Positions 27,801 to 35,698 of a stretch of DNA of 54,153 nt are shown here, piece after piece. The translations under genes were made by a program, and so were the position numbers. Under the pieces are notes generated by a model. The model was not told the DNA's origin and searched no databases. It was given only the letters and a program-made list of their open reading frames with translations. Source of the DNA: a bacterium (GTDB lineage Bacteria > Patescibacteriota > Minisyncoccia > Sungbacterales > GWA2-42-14); contig JAUSFV010000005.1 in NCBI GenBank assembly GCA_030649305.1, positions 1 through 54,153 on the forward strand. Reading direction: 5' to 3'. Within the stretch, counting starts at the first letter, position 1. Every line of letters starts with the position of its first letter.

Positions 27801-29465
27801 CCGGGTGTTTATCCCGAATACCAAGCCGACCGCGAGAACCGCTACCCTCCGGCAACGCTGTATTATGAAATTGTTTCATCGCCCGAATATCTGCAATTCG
27901 TGCAGGCGCACTTCAAGAAAAATATTGATGCGCTGTATCGTTTTATTCGTGCGCGTGCGGCAAACGATAGCGATATTAATGAGCAGTATCAATTTATGCG
28001 GAATGTCCAGGTTGAATTAACGCAACCCTGCGGGTCTTTATGCACTCCAACAGTGATACTCAAGAATGGGTGGATTCGGGATAATTGGGAACCGCAAGGG
28101 TACGCTGTTTCAAAAGATGGAAAGGGCGCTTTGCATTCTTTGTATGGCATTCGCAATATCGCGGGAGAAATCAGCGCCATGTCCGGGAGATTAATTCACC
28201 GGATTGCCGATTCTTCGGAGATGCGTTCGGGAAACAATTTCAAACGAGTGCTCACGGGCCTCTTCCGCCTGTATGTGCGGCGCGATCCTCGTCAGGATGA
28301 AGTTGAGTATTGGCAAAATCGTATGAATACCGACAACGCGCATTATCGTTTGAAAGTTGCGGAAGGTCTTTTGAGCGATAGTTATCAGGATTTTTACGGC
28401 TTTGAGGGGATTGAAATAGCGCTGAATCAATCGGAAGAGTACGGTAGGAGCGGAGGTTCTGCTGATGCGGTAAATAATATTTACCGAACGTATTTTGGCG
28501 TGGATAGGACAGCGAGCGATGTGGGCCTTGGCGGCACACTAAACGTTTGGTTTCACTTCATTCAGGGGCGTAATTCGGATAATCTCACGCTTGCTCAAAA
28601 ACAAGGTTTATACGCAGAAAAACATCCCGAGTTAAAGTTTTTGTTTCCTTTGGAAAGAATTGAGCCAAAACCCATTTCTAATTTTGTATGGGTGACTTTG
28701 GGGCTGGCGGTTTTGTCGTTTGGTCTGAATTTGGCTGTTACTCTTCCGACATTGCTGACTGCCACGCTGTTTGGAGGAACAATCGGGTATGCGACGGATT
28801 TTCTTGTGTTTACCATTGCGCAATCTGTCTCTCCGCTTATTACGGGAACGATTTCGGTGCTTCGCACCGCGCTTGACCTGCAAGATTCCGCGAATCTTTC
28901 CGGATCTTCCGTAATGAAGGGCATTAGCAGTTTGGCAGGGGGCGCCTTCAGCGTTTCGGCAATATTAGACGTTGCGGACGAAGACCTCATTCGGGTTTTT
29001 GGGCAGTCGAGCGCTCAATCGGGTATTTCGTCTGATGCGAATATGGCAGGGAATTTTTCTGGCAGTGAAAATATGAATGAAAAGGTATCGGGATTTTCCG
29101 CATCTTTGCTTGACGCGGTGGGATTTTTAAGCGGGGGAGAGAAGAAGAAAGTATCTCAGGCGCCTGCTACTCAAAATATCTTATATAAATATCAGGAGCA
29201 GGCGGCTGCTACTACAACCACTGCCGTGATAAAGCCTTTATTTACGCGGACGCTTCGGTTGGGTTCGCGCGGAGAAGACGTTCGGAAATTACAGGAAATT
29301 TTAAGCGTGTTGTATCCCAGTTTTCTTTCGCAATATCAAACTTCCTACTTCGGACTAAAAACTTTTGAGGGGGTTAAGAAGCTTCAGAAACAATACGGTC
29401 TTTCGCAGGTGGGGGCAGTTGGCCCGCAAACAAAAGCTTTGTTAAATAGGTTGTCCGGTAATTAG
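21849..29465 (+). CDS. Giant (2538 aa) modular surface protein with C-terminal peptidoglycan-binding domain
   Basis: Signal peptide ending AASA; internal duplicated modules; FTRTLRLGSRGEDVRKLQ...VGPQT PG_binding_1-type C-terminus. Confidence 0.92.
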   Translation: MHIFSSRKIYTKVVSFLVTLLFLIESTLLPIITLLPRAASAATTTFTASADFSTSTQGQKNWWYLSSSGAQMTYDSANSRWKGNEEYLLLGSNWGHPGNNADALRRWIAPQAGSIRITGNARDSHAGCGTDGVTVTIRKVVNNAIVATLWNQTIPKDNTTGYNFDVTTSVSQGDSIDFVINKGIDNGCDSTVFDPTIVLTASAAGSWGVSIDSGKAGTFPNPVVRGKPVDFLATLTVTDPPSPLNFKLEVSKDLVLRHYYITRTGGQETALNDPSRPAATLANRTAYVWDFYNLTTGVYTLRFNFDVPLTTTETSAQFDIFMAGLHSGYGSGYQDQSFPVPALTFPSGASVSQGTPLIVAIANATGNTTVYVNCIVPTGAVCADNLAEGITNASGQWSKSYDTSGWTLGTYRAWVSVGGLKSNLGFFTITQPSTLPSTIQGYKIDSSGAVFSSPGATITVAGSSFSQSYGPTTNPYFAQQIPAGNYTVTSSVPTSYTVSYSLCYNCANNTDPHPASSYVSGPSVSVSAPADGYADVWWKYTLQTSGQSVSISRTPATSQTNPYRTGSATTFNATVSPSLFSTDQQVKVYRKIGNGSPFVSDTSTTFALRDNGVCNPSAGTCSIAGTWSEFTCPTGVSGVQQMTEWVTIGSVTSNQIQWWFECTTAASQPVTILQSWPTTPSAQPGQSFSLTYNWSGGPTSSSKQVFVHFVNSAGQIAFQDDHTPPVLTNQWSGAKNYTRTVTVPASTAVGTYRIMAGLYDLATGARLTLTPGSGVIADTQDLLRYQIGTLTVSSSPSAQFEIRPASASLSVGQTQTLAAWFMPAGGSASDVTSQTQWSSSNAAVAELGAPPGSNANNTVLGRAAGSAVITATYQGQTAQAMVTVGTSGTQLVVSKIDFSDLLLSGRRDLLRFKIAAPSGSDVGIAKFTIRNSITSASSGSLIDNLNIYAYTDSSFSTVASGVQADGSLQVSHARTGGISGAEVDVYAQNTGGSNTLVNIPAGQTRWFVVRGDVTIAGTSVSSVSALSGDASGAGSGTFSSVNSAANNNFIWASNSAGKSLSTITNFQNGYGINGLPVSGLSQTLTGGGVVTPSTIQGYKIDSSGAVFSSPGATITVTGSSFNQSYGPITNPYFAQQIPAGNYTVTSSVPTGYTVSYSLCYNCANNADPHPASSYVADSSVSVNAPAGGYADVWWKYTLQTSGQSIVISRTPQTSTVSPFKAGDTTTFAMTIPSSLFLDTTAVTLHSQMTGGADQQSNYTVASLKSANVCNTSGSCSVTGVWNASQFTCPAGVSGTAQMKEWVTVGNTTSNQIQWYFQCEGDAIEGVLFEIRPASASLSVGQTQTLAAWFTPAGGSASDVTNQTQWSSSNPAVAELGAPPGGAVNNIVLGRANGAATITATYQGQTAQATVTVGSEVAAFALDLKVNNADGPVSVQVNTPATVSWTTQGFSAGGMRCSTSGAPTGSPFHTASGVSGSVQVTFPQTQSYTLQMTCFDDLRVTANGSIPSASDSVTVNVAAVPSGLSAPTPETAPMDVLRLQSDQDVVTTTGFCYNFTCTGLIPVTAGSVYTFSANLNAGLVGFPQDSLLWITLPPQATLFGIILDSRTLTSGTDYVLDRGHYKLSMSQLGLLSGTHSIKVALQSDPLALDHLAVLKMNITDGGLTKTFIRERTASVSVRHAVTEVIGKTNISIPGASPYPPYFPTIQESDVHRLQTYPAPAQICDASAGTGIKCRPPSLREASGPVSRGVPTIAYTLLGDVVPIYVNQFSDSLSREFIIANYNFLLGRNPTDAEMQKYLSLFTQWRDPVNELIDVYKRRVDVQEAMKAATPFPCGNLGDCIIPLTLADTSRTPLYNWAYSFGANEEPTLKAFKENVSQQALDVLRQVWNDYNSKLEAAYKLYQQNTNSICFSCTPPPPPLCARVFAEPYIVNGLYNYKSYFDSCRQQAILWAKNAGWASAVRLGASSFSFDSSIPTIGQTLAPYFAPGVYPEYQADRENRYPPATLYYEIVSSPEYLQFVQAHFKKNIDALYRFIRARAANDSDINEQYQFMRNVQVELTQPCGSLCTPTVILKNGWIRDNWEPQGYAVSKDGKGALHSLYGIRNIAGEISAMSGRLIHRIADSSEMRSGNNFKRVLTGLFRLYVRRDPRQDEVEYWQNRMNTDNAHYRLKVAEGLLSDSYQDFYGFEGIEIALNQSEEYGRSGGSADAVNNIYRTYFGVDRTASDVGLGGTLNVWFHFIQGRNSDNLTLAQKQGLYAEKHPELKFLFPLERIEPKPISNFVWVTLGLAVLSFGLNLAVTLPTLLTATLFGGTIGYATDFLVFTIAQSVSPLITGTISVLRTALDLQDSANLSGSSVMKGISSLAGGAFSVSAILDVADEDLIRVFGQSSAQSGISSDANMAGNFSGSENMNEKVSGFSASLLDAVGFLSGGEKKKVSQAPATQNILYKYQEQAAATTTTAVIKPLFTRTLRLGSRGEDVRKLQEILSVLYPSFLSQYQTSYFGLKTFEGVKKLQKQYGLSQVGAVGPQTKALLNRLSGN

Positions 29466-29497
29466 TTTTTGATTACTTTTTGTCGGGTAAAAAAACG

Positions 29498-29528
29498 ACG
29501 CCGTGCGCTGGTTGCGCGCGGCGTTTTC
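29498..29528. terminator. Probable bidirectional terminator
   Basis: acgccgtgcgc/gcgcgcggcgt stem between convergent genes, with A-run before and T-run after. Confidence 0.65.
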
Positions 29529-29539
29529 TTACCCTCCGC

Positions 29540-29707
29540 CTAGTTAGGAAAATACTTAGACGGAATTTGTTCCGGACGCGGGTCTGAGGGTGGCATGTAC
29601 ATTCCGCTCATCCCCGCAACACCACGGACCAGAACCTGCTCTAGTCCGAAACATCCAGACATAGTGATGGAAAGCCCCAAAAGGATACCAAAGAACAACT
29701 TATTCAT
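29540..29707 (-). CDS. 55-aa putative lipoprotein (MNKLFFGILLGLSITMSGC FGLEQVLVRG...)
   Basis: Translated by hand; GAGGAGG SD upstream; hydrophobic stretch ending in lipobox-like MSGC. Confidence 0.6.
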   Translation of the reverse strand: MNKLFFGILLGLSITMSGCFGLEQVLVRGVAGMSGMYMPPSDPRPEQIPSKYFPN

Positions 29708-29723
29708 GGTTTTCCTCCTCAGT

Positions 29724-29744
29724 TTACGAGGTTGAACCTCGTAA
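29724..29744. repeat. Palindrome ttacgaggtt-g-aacctcgtaa
   Basis: Perfect 10-bp arms around one base. Confidence 0.75.
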
Positions 29745-29837
29745 GGAAATAGGTGTTTGTTGCTTATTTCTATTATACTCTATTTTCAGTAAAAAGTCAA
29801 TACCTAGCAAAACCGCGTATATGCTAAAATTAATGGC

Positions 29838-30284
29838 ATGAAAGTCATTTTTTTAAAAGATGTTGCGGGAGTTGCCCGCAAAAATGAAGTAAAAGAGGTT
29901 GCGGAGGGGTATGCCCGCAATTTTTTGTTTGCGAAAAATCTTGCTCGCCCCGCGACTGATGCCGTTATGCGGAATGTGGAAGGAGAAAAAGCGCGCAAAA
30001 TTGCTGAATTGGAAAAAGAAAAGACGCGTTTTCAGGAATTTACGAAAAAGCTCGCGGAAACTCCACTTGTGTTTAAAGTGAAGATGGGAGAGAAGGGAAA
30101 GGCGTTCGGTTCGGTATCGCCCGCGAAAATTGTTGATGAATTAAAAAAGCGAGGCATTACAATAGAGAAATCATGGCTTTCGGCAGAATCGCTGAAAACA
30201 ATGGGGGAGCACAAAGTAGCGATAAGTTTTCCACATGGCGTGAAGGGCGAGGTGCGGGTTATAATTGAACCAGAGGTTCACTAA
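29838..30284 (+). CDS. rplI: 50S ribosomal protein L9
   Basis: [23 protein letters not shown]; KAFGSV motif. Confidence 0.95.
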   Translation: MKVIFLKDVAGVARKNEVKEVAEGYARNFLFAKNLARPATDAVMRNVEGEKARKIAELEKEKTRFQEFTKKLAETPLVFKVKMGEKGKAFGSVSPAKIVDELKKRGITIEKSWLSAESLKTMGEHKVAISFPHGVKGEVRVIIEPEVH

Positions 30285-30356
30285 TCATCACGAATTAACC
30301 ACGAATCGCACGAATTCGTATTTGTGAAATTTGTGGGTCATTTGTGTATATTCGTG
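30285..30356 (+). repeat. CACGAAT-unit inverted-repeat element, copy A
   Basis: Three cacgaat units facing ttcgt/ttgtg units; homologous to 33537-33618. Confidence 0.8.
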
Positions 30357-31973
30357 ATGGCACGATTCATCTTTGTATGCGGCGGTGTTATGTCCGGCAT
30401 CGGTAAGGGCATTACCACGGCATCCATCGGAAAAATTCTGAAGTCGCGCGGATTTCGCGTGACGGCGATGAAAATTGACCCGTATCTGAATGTGGATGCG
30501 GGTACGATGAATCCTACGGAACATGGGGAAGTTTTTGTGACGGAAGATGGCATGGAGTGCGACCAGGATATTGGCAATTATGAGCGTTTTTTGGACGAGA
30601 ATATCCCGCGCGAGAACTATATGACGTCCGGTTCGGTGTATCAGCGCGTGATTGAGCGCGAGCGAAATCTTGAATACGACGGCAAATGCGTTGAAGTTAT
30701 TCCGCATATTCCGGAAGAAGTTATCGGACGGCTGGACCGCGCCGCGAAAAAAGCGCGGGCTGATTTTGTGCTGGTGGAAATTGGGGGGACGGTAGGGGAA
30801 TATCAAAACGCGCTTTTTCTTGAAGCGGGACGCATGATGCGGCTTCAGCGCCCGGGGCAGGTGCTTTTTGTTTTGGTATCGTATTTGCCCGTGCCGAAAA
30901 TGATTGGTGAGATGAAAACAAAACCGACGCAATACGCCGTGCGTTCACTCAACGCCGTTGGTATTCAGCCTGATATTATTATCGCGCGCTCCGTCGTGCC
31001 GATTGATGAGCCGCGGAAGCGCAAAATTTCTATTTTTTGCAACGTAGCGGCCGGAGACGTTATCTCGGCTCCTGACGTCAATTCAATTTATGAGGTTCCG
31101 GTTAATTTTGAAAAGGATGAATTGGGGAAGCGCATGCTTGAAAAATTGGGCATGAAGTCGCGCAAGCGCGACCTTGTGTCATGGCGGGGGTTTGTGGGGC
31201 GCATCCGAAGAACAAAAAAACCCGTTCACATCGGGATTGTGGGTAAATATTTCAACACCGGCGATTTCATGCTCGCGGATTCATATATTTCTGTGATTGA
31301 GGCAGTGAAGCACGCCGCGTGGTTTTGTGGCAGAAAACCGGAGATTACCTGGTTGAATGCCGAGCAGTATGAAAAAAACCCCGCGCATCTTAAAGAATTA
31401 AAACATTATGACGGTATCATTATTCCGGGCGGTTTTGGTTCGCGCGGCGTGGAAGGAAAAATATCCGTAATACAGTTTTGTCGTAAAAATAAAATTCCGT
31501 TTTTGGGTTTATGCTACGGCTTACAGCTTGCCGTGATTGAGTTTGCGCGAAACGTTGCCGGTCTGAAGCGGGCGCATACCACGGAGGTAAACGCAAAAAC
31601 GCCGCATCCCGTGATTCATACGCTTCCCGAACAGATGGTAAATATCAAAGAGCGTAGAATGGGGGGTTCTATGCGTCTGGGGGCATATACCTGCGAGATT
31701 GCGAAAGATACGAAGGCAGCAAAGGCATACGGGGTAAAGCTTGTTACGGAGCGGCACCGCCACCGCTATGAGGTAAACAACGATTTCCGGGAGCGTCTTG
31801 AGAAAAAGGGGCTTGTGGTGTCGGGTATTAATCCCGAGCGCAATTTGGTTGAAATTATTGAGTTGAAGGGGCATCCGTTTTTCGTGGGCACGCAGTTTCA
31901 TCCTGAATTTAAATCGCGCCCGCTCACGCCACACCCCCTGTTCCGGGAATTTATGAAAGTGGCAATTCGATAA
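30357..31973 (+). CDS. pyrG: CTP synthase
   Basis: GGVMSGIGKG, KIDPYLNVDAGTMNPTEHGEVFVT, LGLCYGLQ, ERHRHRYE and QFHPEF motifs; start set at ATG 30357. Confidence 0.97.
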   Translation: MARFIFVCGGVMSGIGKGITTASIGKILKSRGFRVTAMKIDPYLNVDAGTMNPTEHGEVFVTEDGMECDQDIGNYERFLDENIPRENYMTSGSVYQRVIERERNLEYDGKCVEVIPHIPEEVIGRLDRAAKKARADFVLVEIGGTVGEYQNALFLEAGRMMRLQRPGQVLFVLVSYLPVPKMIGEMKTKPTQYAVRSLNAVGIQPDIIIARSVVPIDEPRKRKISIFCNVAAGDVISAPDVNSIYEVPVNFEKDELGKRMLEKLGMKSRKRDLVSWRGFVGRIRRTKKPVHIGIVGKYFNTGDFMLADSYISVIEAVKHAAWFCGRKPEITWLNAEQYEKNPAHLKELKHYDGIIIPGGFGSRGVEGKISVIQFCRKNKIPFLGLCYGLQLAVIEFARNVAGLKRAHTTEVNAKTPHPVIHTLPEQMVNIKERRMGGSMRLGAYTCEIAKDTKAAKAYGVKLVTERHRHRYEVNNDFRERLEKKGLVVSGINPERNLVEIIELKGHPFFVGTQFHPEFKSRPLTPHPLFREFMKVAIR

Positions 31974-31982
31974 TGTATTTTA

Positions 31983-32014
31983 AAAAAACACTCCGATATA
32001 TCGGAGTGTTTTTT
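31983..32014. terminator. Bidirectional terminator between convergent pyrG and rpmA
   Basis: 32-bp perfect palindrome aaaaaacactccgata|tatcggagtgtttttt. Confidence 0.8.
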
Positions 32015-32291
32015 ATTTTGATTCCACGTTCACCACTTTTTGTCGTATTCGTGTTCCGTCAAATTTTACCTTTCTTTTTTCGGAAAATCTTACGATTCCT
32101 TCTTGCATCGCATACAGGGTGTCATCACCGCCCTGTTTAACGTGTGTGCCGGCAAGAACGCTCGTTCCGCGCTGGCGCACCAAAATAGAACCCGGTTGCA
32201 CCCGCGCTCCTTCGTGGCGTTTGATGCCAAGATATTTGGGTTGTGAGTCGCGGCCGAGCTTTGTAGACCCGCCCGCTTTTGTATGTGCCAT
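32013..32291 (-). CDS. rpmA: 50S ribosomal protein L27
   Basis: MAHTKAGGSTKLGRDS..KYLG..G.ILVRQRG motif. Confidence 0.97.
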   Translation of the reverse strand: MAHTKAGGSTKLGRDSQPKYLGIKRHEGARVQPGSILVRQRGTSVLAGTHVKQGGDDTLYAMQEGIVRFSEKRKVKFDGTRIRQKVVNVESK

Positions 32292-32345
32292 AATTTCCGA
32301 AAATTTAGAGTTTCAGCGAATAAATTTTCGCTGAAATTATGAGCA
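32292..32345 (-). repeat. 54-bp leader element upstream of rpmA
   Basis: 53/54 identical to 34969-35022; internal palindrome ttcagcgaa...ttcgctgaa. Confidence 0.9.
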
Positions 32346-32510
32346 TCCCGCATTAAACCTAACGATAGACTACTATTACGAAAATGAAAGCCGAAGGCGA
32401 GTCCCGTGTGTGTTTCTTTGGTGTATTGTTGATTTTTCTTCGGGTTTTAGTGCGGGGTACCATTTCCCCTGTTGCTTTTTATAAAAATACGCTACAAATA
32501 TATGTAATCT

Positions 32511-32924
32511 ATGATATACGAATCTTATCAAAAAGTCAAAGAATACGCAAGGGCTTCTCAAAAGGACCTTTTTCTTGCCGGTCTTATCTTTCTTGTGAGT
32601 ATCGGAAGTTTTGGCTTGGGGCGATTATCGGCAATATGGCCGGAAAAAGAGCCAATTCGGATTAGCCAAACAGCAGGAATCAGCGGGCCAGCCGTCGGCC
32701 TCGGTGAAGTCGTGGGAACGGGGGATTTTATCAAACCAAATGATTCTGCGCCTTCGCCAATTTTATCGGGTAAATATGTTGCCTCCAAAAACGGCACGGC
32801 GTATCATTATCCATGGTGTTCGGGCGCCAAGCGCATTAAAGAAGAAAACAAGATATGGTTTCAGACCAAAGAAGAAGCAGAATCCCGTGGCTACAAACCC
32901 GCGGCTAATTGCGAAGGTTTATAA
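32511..32924 (+). CDS. Membrane-anchored protein with C-terminal Ada metal-binding-like domain
   Basis: TM helix; YVASKNGTAYHYPWC..AKRI..F...EA..GYKPAANC motif. Confidence 0.85.
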   Translation: MIYESYQKVKEYARASQKDLFLAGLIFLVSIGSFGLGRLSAIWPEKEPIRISQTAGISGPAVGLGEVVGTGDFIKPNDSAPSPILSGKYVASKNGTAYHYPWCSGAKRIKEENKIWFQTKEEAESRGYKPAANCEGL

Positions 32925-33536
32925 TTATTTTCTATTCGTGAGAGCGTTTGTAATCGTTGTGGGGTCGCTATATTCGAGTTCCGACCCCGTGGTAAGCCCC
33001 CGCCCAAAACGGGTTATTTTTATTTTGAGAGGCTCCAAGATTCGTTGGATATAGAGAGCTGTCGCGTCTCCTTCGGCGGTGGCGTTTGTCGCGAGAATAA
33101 TTTCCACGTTATTTTTATGAGTTTCTACAAGCGTTTTTGTCCGATTGAACAATTCTTTTAAATGCAGTTTTTCCGGCGAAGACGGTTCAAGTGGCGAGAG
33201 AGTACCGCCGAGAACATGGTACAGGCCATTGTACTGTTTTGTTTTTTCCACGTTTTCCATATCTATTTCTTTTTCTATTACCATAAGCATTTCCGTGTTG
33301 CGTTTTTTATTAGCGCAATAGTCGCAGAGAGTATTCGTATTTGGTTGTATGCTTCGGTAGCATTGTTTACAAACTGCAACCTCTTTTCCAAGTTCCGCGA
33401 TTGTTCGGGCGAGATTGCCGCGGTAGCCATCACTTTCTTTCAATAAAAAAAACGCGAAGCGCGTTGCCTGCTTCGGTCCGATACCGGGGAATTTCAGGAA
33501 GTATTCTATAAGTTTTTGAAGGGGAGCCGGATACAT
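32925..33536 (-). CDS. recR: Recombination mediator RecR
   Basis: FPGIGPKQA.R, C4 zinc finger, YHVLGG, IILATN..EG.ATA and G.ELEY.D motifs. Confidence 0.96.
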   Translation of the reverse strand: MYPAPLQKLIEYFLKFPGIGPKQATRFAFFLLKESDGYRGNLARTIAELGKEVAVCKQCYRSIQPNTNTLCDYCANKKRNTEMLMVIEKEIDMENVEKTKQYNGLYHVLGGTLSPLEPSSPEKLHLKELFNRTKTLVETHKNNVEIILATNATAEGDATALYIQRILEPLKIKITRFGRGLTTGSELEYSDPTTITNALTNRK

Positions 33537-33618
33537 ACTTCACAAATGCACACAAATAATTCACGAATTTCATGAATACGGATTCGTGCGATTTGTGGTC
33601 GATTCGTGTTGATTGGTA
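33537..33618 (-). repeat. CACGAAT-unit inverted-repeat element, copy B
   Basis: Reverse complement aligns with 30285-30356. Confidence 0.8.
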
Positions 33619-34968
33619 TTAGAAATGTTTAGCAAGCGATTTGAAGCTTATTTCGTCTTCTTTGAAATAGAGTTCTATTTTTCCGGTTTTGCCGTTGCGG
33701 TGTTTTTCCACCATAATTTCCGCGATACCCGGCCGGTCGCTATTTCGCTTTGCTTTGTCTTCGCGGTAAATAAACATGACAACATCCGCGTCCTGTTCAA
33801 TGGAGCCTGATTCGCGGAGGTCGGCAAGTCTTGGAATGCCGTCTGTCCGCATTTCAATCGCGCGTGAGAGCTGGGAGACCGCGAGTACCGGAACATTAAG
33901 CTCTTTGGCAAGGGCTTTCAGGGAGCGCGAAATTTCTGATACTTCCTGCACGCGTGATTCTATTTTTTCATTCGTTTTAATAAGCTGGAGATAATCAATC
34001 ACGATGAGTCCGAGTTCGTGCTGGGCGTGGAGGCGCCGCGCCATGGCGCGGATTTGCATGAGAGTCGGCATGGCGCTGTCGTCAATAAACATGGGAGCGT
34101 CCGCAAGAAGCTCCATGGCGTTTCGGATGCGTATGAAATCGTTTTCCTCGCCTTTGTCCGAAAGATTCCCCGTGCGAAGTTTCCATGAATCTACGCGGGC
34201 TTCCGCGGCAAGAATGCGGTCGAGTAACTGCTCTTTTGACATTTCCAAACTGAAAATCGCAACCGGTTTTTTTTCTTCTACGGCAACGTTTCGCGCGATA
34301 TCAAGAGCAAGCGCGGTTTTTCCTAAGCTTGGCCGTGCCGCAAGCACAATGAGGTCGGATTTTTGCAATCCGCCCAAAATATTATCAAGGTCGGGGAATC
34401 CGGTCGGAACCCCGCGAAGTTTCCCTTTATTTTTATGGATGTCATCAATGCGTTCCCACGCGCTCTCCAGCGCTTCTCCGATCTTAAGAAAATCATGTTT
34501 GAGGGACCGCTGGGCAATGCTGAATACTTTTTGCTCCGCTTCGTCCAGGACATTCTCCATGTTTTTTTCTTCGTCATAGCCGAGTGAAGAAATGTGATGG
34601 GACGCGTCAATGAGGTCGCGGAGAGTCCGTTTTTTTCTGACAATATCGGCGTAATGTCCGACATGGCTTGCGGTCGGGACAAAATTTACGACCTCCGCGA
34701 GATACCCGGTGCCGCCGACCGCCTCAAGTTCCTTTTTTTCTTTCAGACGTGCGGTAACGCTTAAAATATCAATGGGTTGCCGATTTTTGAAAAGGTCCAA
34801 TGCTGCTTCATAAATTTTTCCGTGCGCGTCTTTATAAAAATCACGGGGTTCCAAATTGTCGCATACCTTATCAATCGCGTTTTTGTCAATCATTAAAGAG
34901 CCTAAAACTGACATTTCGGCTTCAATGTTTTGCGGAGGGATTTTTATTGTGGATGTTTGTTTTGCCAT
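33619..34968 (-). CDS. dnaB: Replicative DNA helicase
   Basis: PPQNIEAE, AARPSLGKT, FSLEMS, IDYLQL, SQLSR and LRESGSIEQDADVV motifs. Confidence 0.97.
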   Translation of the reverse strand: MAKQTSTIKIPPQNIEAEMSVLGSLMIDKNAIDKVCDNLEPRDFYKDAHGKIYEAALDLFKNRQPIDILSVTARLKEKKELEAVGGTGYLAEVVNFVPTASHVGHYADIVRKKRTLRDLIDASHHISSLGYDEEKNMENVLDEAEQKVFSIAQRSLKHDFLKIGEALESAWERIDDIHKNKGKLRGVPTGFPDLDNILGGLQKSDLIVLAARPSLGKTALALDIARNVAVEEKKPVAIFSLEMSKEQLLDRILAAEARVDSWKLRTGNLSDKGEENDFIRIRNAMELLADAPMFIDDSAMPTLMQIRAMARRLHAQHELGLIVIDYLQLIKTNEKIESRVQEVSEISRSLKALAKELNVPVLAVSQLSRAIEMRTDGIPRLADLRESGSIEQDADVVMFIYREDKAKRNSDRPGIAEIMVEKHRNGKTGKIELYFKEDEISFKSLAKHF

Positions 34969-35022
34969 AATTTCCGAAAATTTAGAGCTTCAGCGAATAA
35001 ATTTTCGCTGAAATTATGAGCA
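34969..35022 (-). repeat. 54-bp leader element upstream of dnaB
   Basis: 53/54 identical to 32292-32345. Confidence 0.9.
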
Positions 35023-35181
35023 CCCCGTGAGATGAGCGGTTCGCACTCTATCTCATGGGGGAGATTTCGTTGTTTTATCATACCGATTTTAAAAAAGCCC
35101 CGCAATACGCGGAAGCTTGACAAAGATAATAAAAAGGTGATAAGGTGGGGATGGTTTTTTACATTTCGCAAGGGGGTTCTT

Positions 35182-35337
35182 ATGGCGAAGCGTCAATGTC
35201 TTTGTCCCAATTTCTGTTTTTGTCCAACAGATTACCCAAAACCACCCCGTCCTTCTTGGTTTGAAATAGGGGTTTTCCTTATTGTTATTGCTGTGGTTGT
35301 CGGTATTGTCATCTGGGTCGTTTTGACACCACCATGA
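35182..35337 (+). CDS. 51-aa single-TM protein with Cys-rich N-terminus (CLCPNFCFC)
   Basis: AGGGGG SD-like sequence upstream; C-terminal TM. Confidence 0.55.
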   Translation: MAKRQCLCPNFCFCPTDYPKPPRPSWFEIGVFLIVIAVVVGIVIWVVLTPP

Positions 35338-35404
35338 TTCTTGAGATCGGGATTGATTAAGGACTATTTTCGGGCGATCAGTTCAAACAAAAGGAGGAGA
35401 AAAA

Positions 35405-35581
35405 ATGGGCGGATCTGGCGGACCGACTCGAGGTTGGGCAGACATTCCGGAAGATGTGAAGAAAAAACGGTTTCCGTGGTTTAGCGCGGTTCTTATCGCT
35501 GTTGTGCTTGGGGTGGTTTTATATAGTGCTTTTTTTGGTAATTTTGATCCATCCTCGTATCCGGGAGAATTCGGGTATTAA
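35405..35581 (+). CDS. 58-aa single-TM protein (MGGSGGPTRGWADIPEDVKKKRFPWFSAVLIAVVLGVVLYSAFFG...)
   Basis: Translated by hand; strong AAGGAGGAG SD; followed by a terminator. Confidence 0.6.
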   Translation: MGGSGGPTRGWADIPEDVKKKRFPWFSAVLIAVVLGVVLYSAFFGNFDPSSYPGEFGY

Positions 35582-35584
35582 CAT

Positions 35585-35618
35585 AAAGCGCGCAGAGCTT
35601 CTCTACGCGCCTTTTTTT
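35585..35618. terminator. Terminator between the small ORFs and convergent cysS
   Basis: gcgcgcagag-ctt-ctctacgcgc stem with T-run. Confidence 0.6.
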
Positions 35619-35698
35619 GTTTGTTTGTCCAAGAGGACGAGCCGTTGGCGAAGTCTGATTGGCTTACAAACAAATAACTCGCCTCGGGCGGGTATTTT

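Noticed and set aside
30288-30932. Long antisense ORFs (this one, and e.g. 4730-5257, 5490-5999, 34004-34579, 36190-36738, 50123-50824)
   Set aside because: They overlap confidently identified genes and show no recognisable motifs; expected shadows.
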